This document shows positions 60,942 to 64,000 of a DNA stretch of 64,000 bases, one piece after another (position 1 is the first letter of the stretch; each line of letters begins with the position of its first letter). The stretch is from an uncultured Bacteroidaceae bacterium. GTDB taxonomy: Bacteria; Bacillota; Clostridia; Christensenellales; CAG-917. The notes under the pieces are model-generated. The model ran no database searches and was not told where the DNA came from. It saw only the letters and a list, made by a program, of their open reading frames with translations. The position numbers and the translations under genes were made by a program. The DNA is taken from the NCBI GenBank assembly GCA_964637515.1, contig CAZWUI010000001.1, positions 45,739 through 109,738 on the forward strand, read 5' to 3'.

Positions 60942-63266
60942 TTAGTCGAGGTCTTTCCAAAGGGACTTATACACCTTCTCGTGATATTGAATGGTGTCCG
61001 CATATTTGAGTCCCATGTTGTTGGCTCTTTGGTTGTAAAGGTCGGATTGTTTGCCTTCGGTGAGGTCGTTTTTGACTTGTTCGCCGACGGTTACGTTGTC
61101 ATCCGCAGTTGCGCCGTAGGACAGGATATAGTCGCCGGGAAGGACTCCGCTGCCGTCTTCATTTGCGGTCAAAACGTTGCCGGTGCAGGCGTTGTATGCA
61201 TCCTTATCCCACGCTTTGTAGGAGCACATCAAAATGAAGATACCCGCATATGCGTTGGAGGTCGAACCGCTTTCGATGAAGGAGTCTGCAAAGCAATAGA
61301 AGTTGCCTTGAGTTGCGGTGCCGTCCACGGAGTAGGTGCCTGCGCCTTTCTTGATAAGACCGCGAGCGAGGTCGGTAAATTCGGAGAGATAACTGCTATC
61401 TTCGCCGTCGGGGGTGATGAGATAACCAAGACCGCCGTTGTTGCTGTCAGAGGAAGTCATACCGCCGTCGTCGCCCACAAGATATACCCAAGCGGTTGCG
61501 ACTTTGTTGAGCCAGTAGATGCCTTGACCGTAGGTGAGTTCGCCTGCGGTGACGAACGCTTTGACGGATTCAAAGCTGTTGTAGATTTGTTCAACGATAC
61601 CGTTTGTGCCGAGAGCAGAAACCGTTTCAATCATATAAGGCATCGAAGGGCATTCGCTGACGTTGTAGGTGATTGCGAAGTTGCCGTCCGCATCCTTTCC
61701 AAAGGAAAGAATATTTGCATAGTTGTTTCCGCCTTCCTTTTGATAGGTCGCATCGGGGGTTTTGGTGCCTTTGCCGTCCGCGGTGTAATCGTTGTAGGGG
61801 TTGGCGGGATCGGTCATAGGATCGACTATGGTGACGTCTTCGCCGTAGTTGATTTCGGCTTCGGGATCGTATTCGGGGTTGGAAACGTTCACTTTGATTG
61901 CGGAGAGTTTTTGGTCACGGAGAGTGAGAATATTCTCTTTGGGCAAAGTGCCTTCTTTCACGAGATTGACGAGATAATCGGTGTCTTCTTGGCTGAGCTT
62001 GAGAAGAATGTTTTGCACGAAACCGTAACCACTATTGTTCTCGTCCACGGTGAATTTGTGGAAGTAGGTGGTGGAAAGGGAGCTTGTGAGTGCGGAGCTA
62101 TAAGAAGATTCGCTTGCACTGAAAGTTTCCTTGTTGTCCTTGACGAGTTTTGCAAATCTTGCATTGACTTCGGATTCGGACACGTTGACTTCGTTGCCGA
62201 TATAGCGTTCGAGTTTCGTGATGAGAATGGTCTTCATCTCGGAAGTGAGATAATAGTCGTAATCACGGAAGTTGGATTTGATATTCTTTTTGAGTTCTGC
62301 GATGCCTCTATCAACGTAGGTTGCGAAATCTTCGTCCTTGATTTCGGTATCGATATCGAGTTCGATTTCTTTGGATTTGATTTTTGCGACGTAGGATTCG
62401 ATTGCGTTGAAGTCCTTGTCGAAGAATCTTTCGCTGACGGTGACGTCTTCGCTATCGGGATCGTAGTCGTCTTTTTCTTCTTCTTCGGGCATGGTCGCTC
62501 TTGCGGTCAAGCTCTTAACCCATTTTGCGTAAAGGGTGACGGATTTGTCGATTGCGGTGTTGTCGAAATCGAACTTCGTGCCCCAATCACCGTCGACGGA
62601 GCCGTTTTTGGTGAACCAACCGTAGAACGCATAACCGCTATAAGTGGGAGCGGTGGGAGCGGTGGTTTTTTGACCTTTTTGAATGGTAACGGTTTCGACT
62701 TCGCTGCCGCCCAAGGATTCGTATCTGACCTTGACGGGATCGGTGACTTCGACGGTTTCTTCGATTTCTTCCTCTTCGGCGTTGTTGTAACTGTCGTCAA
62801 GGACGAGGTTTTCGATGAGCGTCGCAAGGGAAGAATTCATATCGGCGTTCGTCTCGTCGATTGCCTTGGATAGTTCGCTCTTCGTGAGAAGTTGCTCGAA
62901 AGTGACGAGTTCGGGGACGGAGCCTGCGGGGAGTTTGCCTGCGGCGACGTACGCCTTGGTGATTTCGTCTTTTGCAAACAAAACAAGAAGTTCACGTTGT
63001 GCAAGGGACTTCACGATATAGTCCGCAGTTTCTTGATAGGACATGCCGTAGTAGTTCACGTAAGTGTAGGCATAATTGTTGAAACTTGCGGTCAATTCAC
63101 CTTTGGACACCGTTGCGGTCTGATTTCCGTAAGTGACGGTGGCTACGATTTGATTTGCATCTCTTTCGTCGTTTTTCTTGAAAATCTCATCACAGCCGAC
63201 GAGGGTGCCGACTATGAAGGAAATCGTGAGTACGAATACGAGTGCAAGGATTAGTCTTTTTTTCAT
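60942..63266 (-). CDS. 774-aa lipoprotein: SurA-N/PrsA-like putative foldase with inserted Listeria-Bacteroides (Flg_new) repeat
   Basis: Lipobox GTLVGC|DE (Cys25). SurA_N-like start (IVATVTYGNQTATVSKGEL..). Flg_new repeat at aa 178-249 (nt 62520-62735: YESLGGSEV..YSGYAFYGWFTKNG..VTLYAKW). There are possible degenerate parvulin remnants (GFVQNILLK ... SNNGGLGYLI..YLSEFTDLARGL). It sits immediately downstream of mfd, as prsA-like genes do in Clostridia. Confidence 0.6.
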   Translation of the reverse strand: MKKRLILALVFVLTISFIVGTLVGCDEIFKKNDERDANQIVATVTYGNQTATVSKGELTASFNNYAYTYVNYYGMSYQETADYIVKSLAQRELLVLFAKDEITKAYVAAGKLPAGSVPELVTFEQLLTKSELSKAIDETNADMNSSLATLIENLVLDDSYNNAEEEEIEETVEVTDPVKVRYESLGGSEVETVTIQKGQKTTAPTAPTYSGYAFYGWFTKNGSVDGDWGTKFDFDNTAIDKSVTLYAKWVKSLTARATMPEEEEKDDYDPDSEDVTVSERFFDKDFNAIESYVAKIKSKEIELDIDTEIKDEDFATYVDRGIAELKKNIKSNFRDYDYYLTSEMKTILITKLERYIGNEVNVSESEVNARFAKLVKDNKETFSASESSYSSALTSSLSTTYFHKFTVDENNSGYGFVQNILLKLSQEDTDYLVNLVKEGTLPKENILTLRDQKLSAIKVNVSNPEYDPEAEINYGEDVTIVDPMTDPANPYNDYTADGKGTKTPDATYQKEGGNNYANILSFGKDADGNFAITYNVSECPSMPYMIETVSALGTNGIVEQIYNSFESVKAFVTAGELTYGQGIYWLNKVATAWVYLVGDDGGMTSSDSNNGGLGYLITPDGEDSSYLSEFTDLARGLIKKGAGTYSVDGTATQGNFYCFADSFIESGSTSNAYAGIFILMCSYKAWDKDAYNACTGNVLTANEDGSGVLPGDYILSYGATADDNVTVGEQVKNDLTEGKQSDLYNQRANNMGLKYADTIQYHEKVYKSLWKDLD

Positions 63267-63369
63267 AATTTATCTCCGTGTGCGGATATAATTTTACAAT
63301 AGTATAGACATTATACACGCAAGAGCGCGCATACGCAAGCGTTTTTTCAAGGTTGCGCGCATTTCAAGC

Positions 63370-64000
63370 TCAATCGAGAGCGGAAAGGAAGAAATCCAAC
63401 ACCTTATCTATCCGCTCCTCAGGAGACAATCCGTTCACGTCGAAGACGAGCGTAGGCGGTATCGTGGACGTCAAAACGGTGTCCGTAGCGTGAGTTGCGA
63501 CCGCTCGCATAAGTCCTTCGTTTTTGAAGACGTCCGCATCGTAAAAACTTGCTCCCGCTCCCCTTCTGTCTATGGTTATTTTGGATACGCCGAAATTTTT
63601 GGCGGTATTTTTGAGCAAGGATACGCCGATGAGATTGAGTAGCGGTTTGTCGGGTGCGCCGTAAACGTCGGTGAGTTTTTCGACGAGCGCGTCCCTCGAC
63701 GACGGCGATTGTACGCTTGCGATTTCCTTGTATATCCGCATTTTGTCCCTACCCGACACGTAGCCTTCTCGGATATAGGCGGGAGCGTCGACGCGCATAA
63801 CGACGTCTTTGACTTCCTTTTTTGCGGTGCCGGTGCGAAGTTCTTCGATTGTTTCGTTGAGAAGTTCGATATACATTTCGTAGCCGACCTTTTCAACGTG
63901 TCCGTGTTGCTCTGCACCGAGCATATTGCCCGCTCCGCGTATGCTCAAATCGCTGAGTGCAACCTTGAATCCACTGCCGATTTCCACGTTGTCAAGCAAA
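63370..64000 (-). CDS. mfd: transcription-repair coupling factor, C-terminal part (gene continues beyond window)
   Basis: ..DLSIRGAGNMLGAEQHGHVEKVGYEMYIELLNETIEEL.. is the end of the helicase motif VI region, followed by the TRCF C-terminal domain. The ORF is open to the window edge. Confidence 0.9.
   Translation of the reverse strand, partial: LLDNVEIGSGFKVALSDLSIRGAGNMLGAEQHGHVEKVGYEMYIELLNETIEELRTGTAKKEVKDVVMRVDAPAYIREGYVSGRDKMRIYKEIASVQSPSSRDALVEKLTDVYGAPDKPLLNLIGVSLLKNTAKNFGVSKITIDRRGAGASFYDADVFKNEGLMRAVATHATDTVLTSTIPPTLVFDVNGLSPEERIDKVLDFFLSALD

Noticed and set aside
60682-60960. 92-aa '-' ORF downstream of the PrsA-like gene.
   Set aside because: It overlaps the 3' end and terminator hairpin of the lipoprotein gene, has no SD, and contains no recognisable motif.
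1-64000. Mobile elements, prophage, defence islands, and tRNA/rRNA genes.
   Set aside because: I found no transposase, integrase, recombinase, phage structural, restriction-modification, Cas or toxin-antitoxin-like proteins among the translated ORFs. I saw no inverted-repeat-bounded insertion. No tRNA-like cloverleaf or T-loop GTTCGAATC-type motif was spotted. Absence cannot be proven without tRNAscan or Infernal.

Overview
64-kb chromosomal segment, most likely from a spore-forming Bacillota (Clostridia-like) bacterium. The taxon is inference only, from spmA-spmB, mfd followed by a PrsA-like lipoprotein, and GGAGG-type SD sequences and lipoboxes; no database search was possible. I recognise about 40 protein genes. 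I see no rRNA, tRNA, CRISPR array, transposase, integrase or phage genes. Housekeeping genes: metG, rplJ-rplL, rplM-rpsI, glmS, apgM-type phosphoglycerate mutase, a class I aminotransferase, a Sir2 deacylase, DegV, a Tyr phosphatase and the 3' part of mfd. Accessory genes: glycan-use enzymes (GH20, GH31, a GH127-like protein, a DUF1624 HGSNAT-like acyltransferase, a mutarotase-like protein); an ECF sigma / anti-sigma / 4xPepSY lipoprotein trio; a tightly coupled SPFH(YdjI-like) - zinc-ribbon - DUF1858 - XRE/cupin operon; and two tandem stand-alone condensation-domain-like (HxxxDG) paralogues flanked by membrane proteins. The dominant and most unusual element is one uninterrupted 26,016-nt ORF (7504..33519, minus strand, 41% of the window). 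It encodes an 8,671-aa lipobox-bearing, Cys-poor, acidic protein. That protein is built from about 13 highly diverged mega-repeats of 313-800 aa, separated by 12 conserved Ser/Ala/acidic linkers with an 'S-(E/D)-A-L-A-A' core. Each linker is bracketed by a conserved 'IYL-x-LYIDL ... LIGG' element and a hydrophobic restart segment. About 2,260 aa of Ig-like repeats follow the modules. I found no sortase, SLH, RTX, Rhs, NRPS/PKS or catalytic motif in it, so it is my candidate for the undescribed system. Caveat for annotation: sense codons TTA/CTA/TCA are almost absent across the window, so the codon-aligned antisense frame stays open for up to 4.6 kb. The long '+' ORFs inside the giant gene are therefore shadows, not genes. 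All calls rest on motif recognition by eye, and sub-domain borders are approximate.
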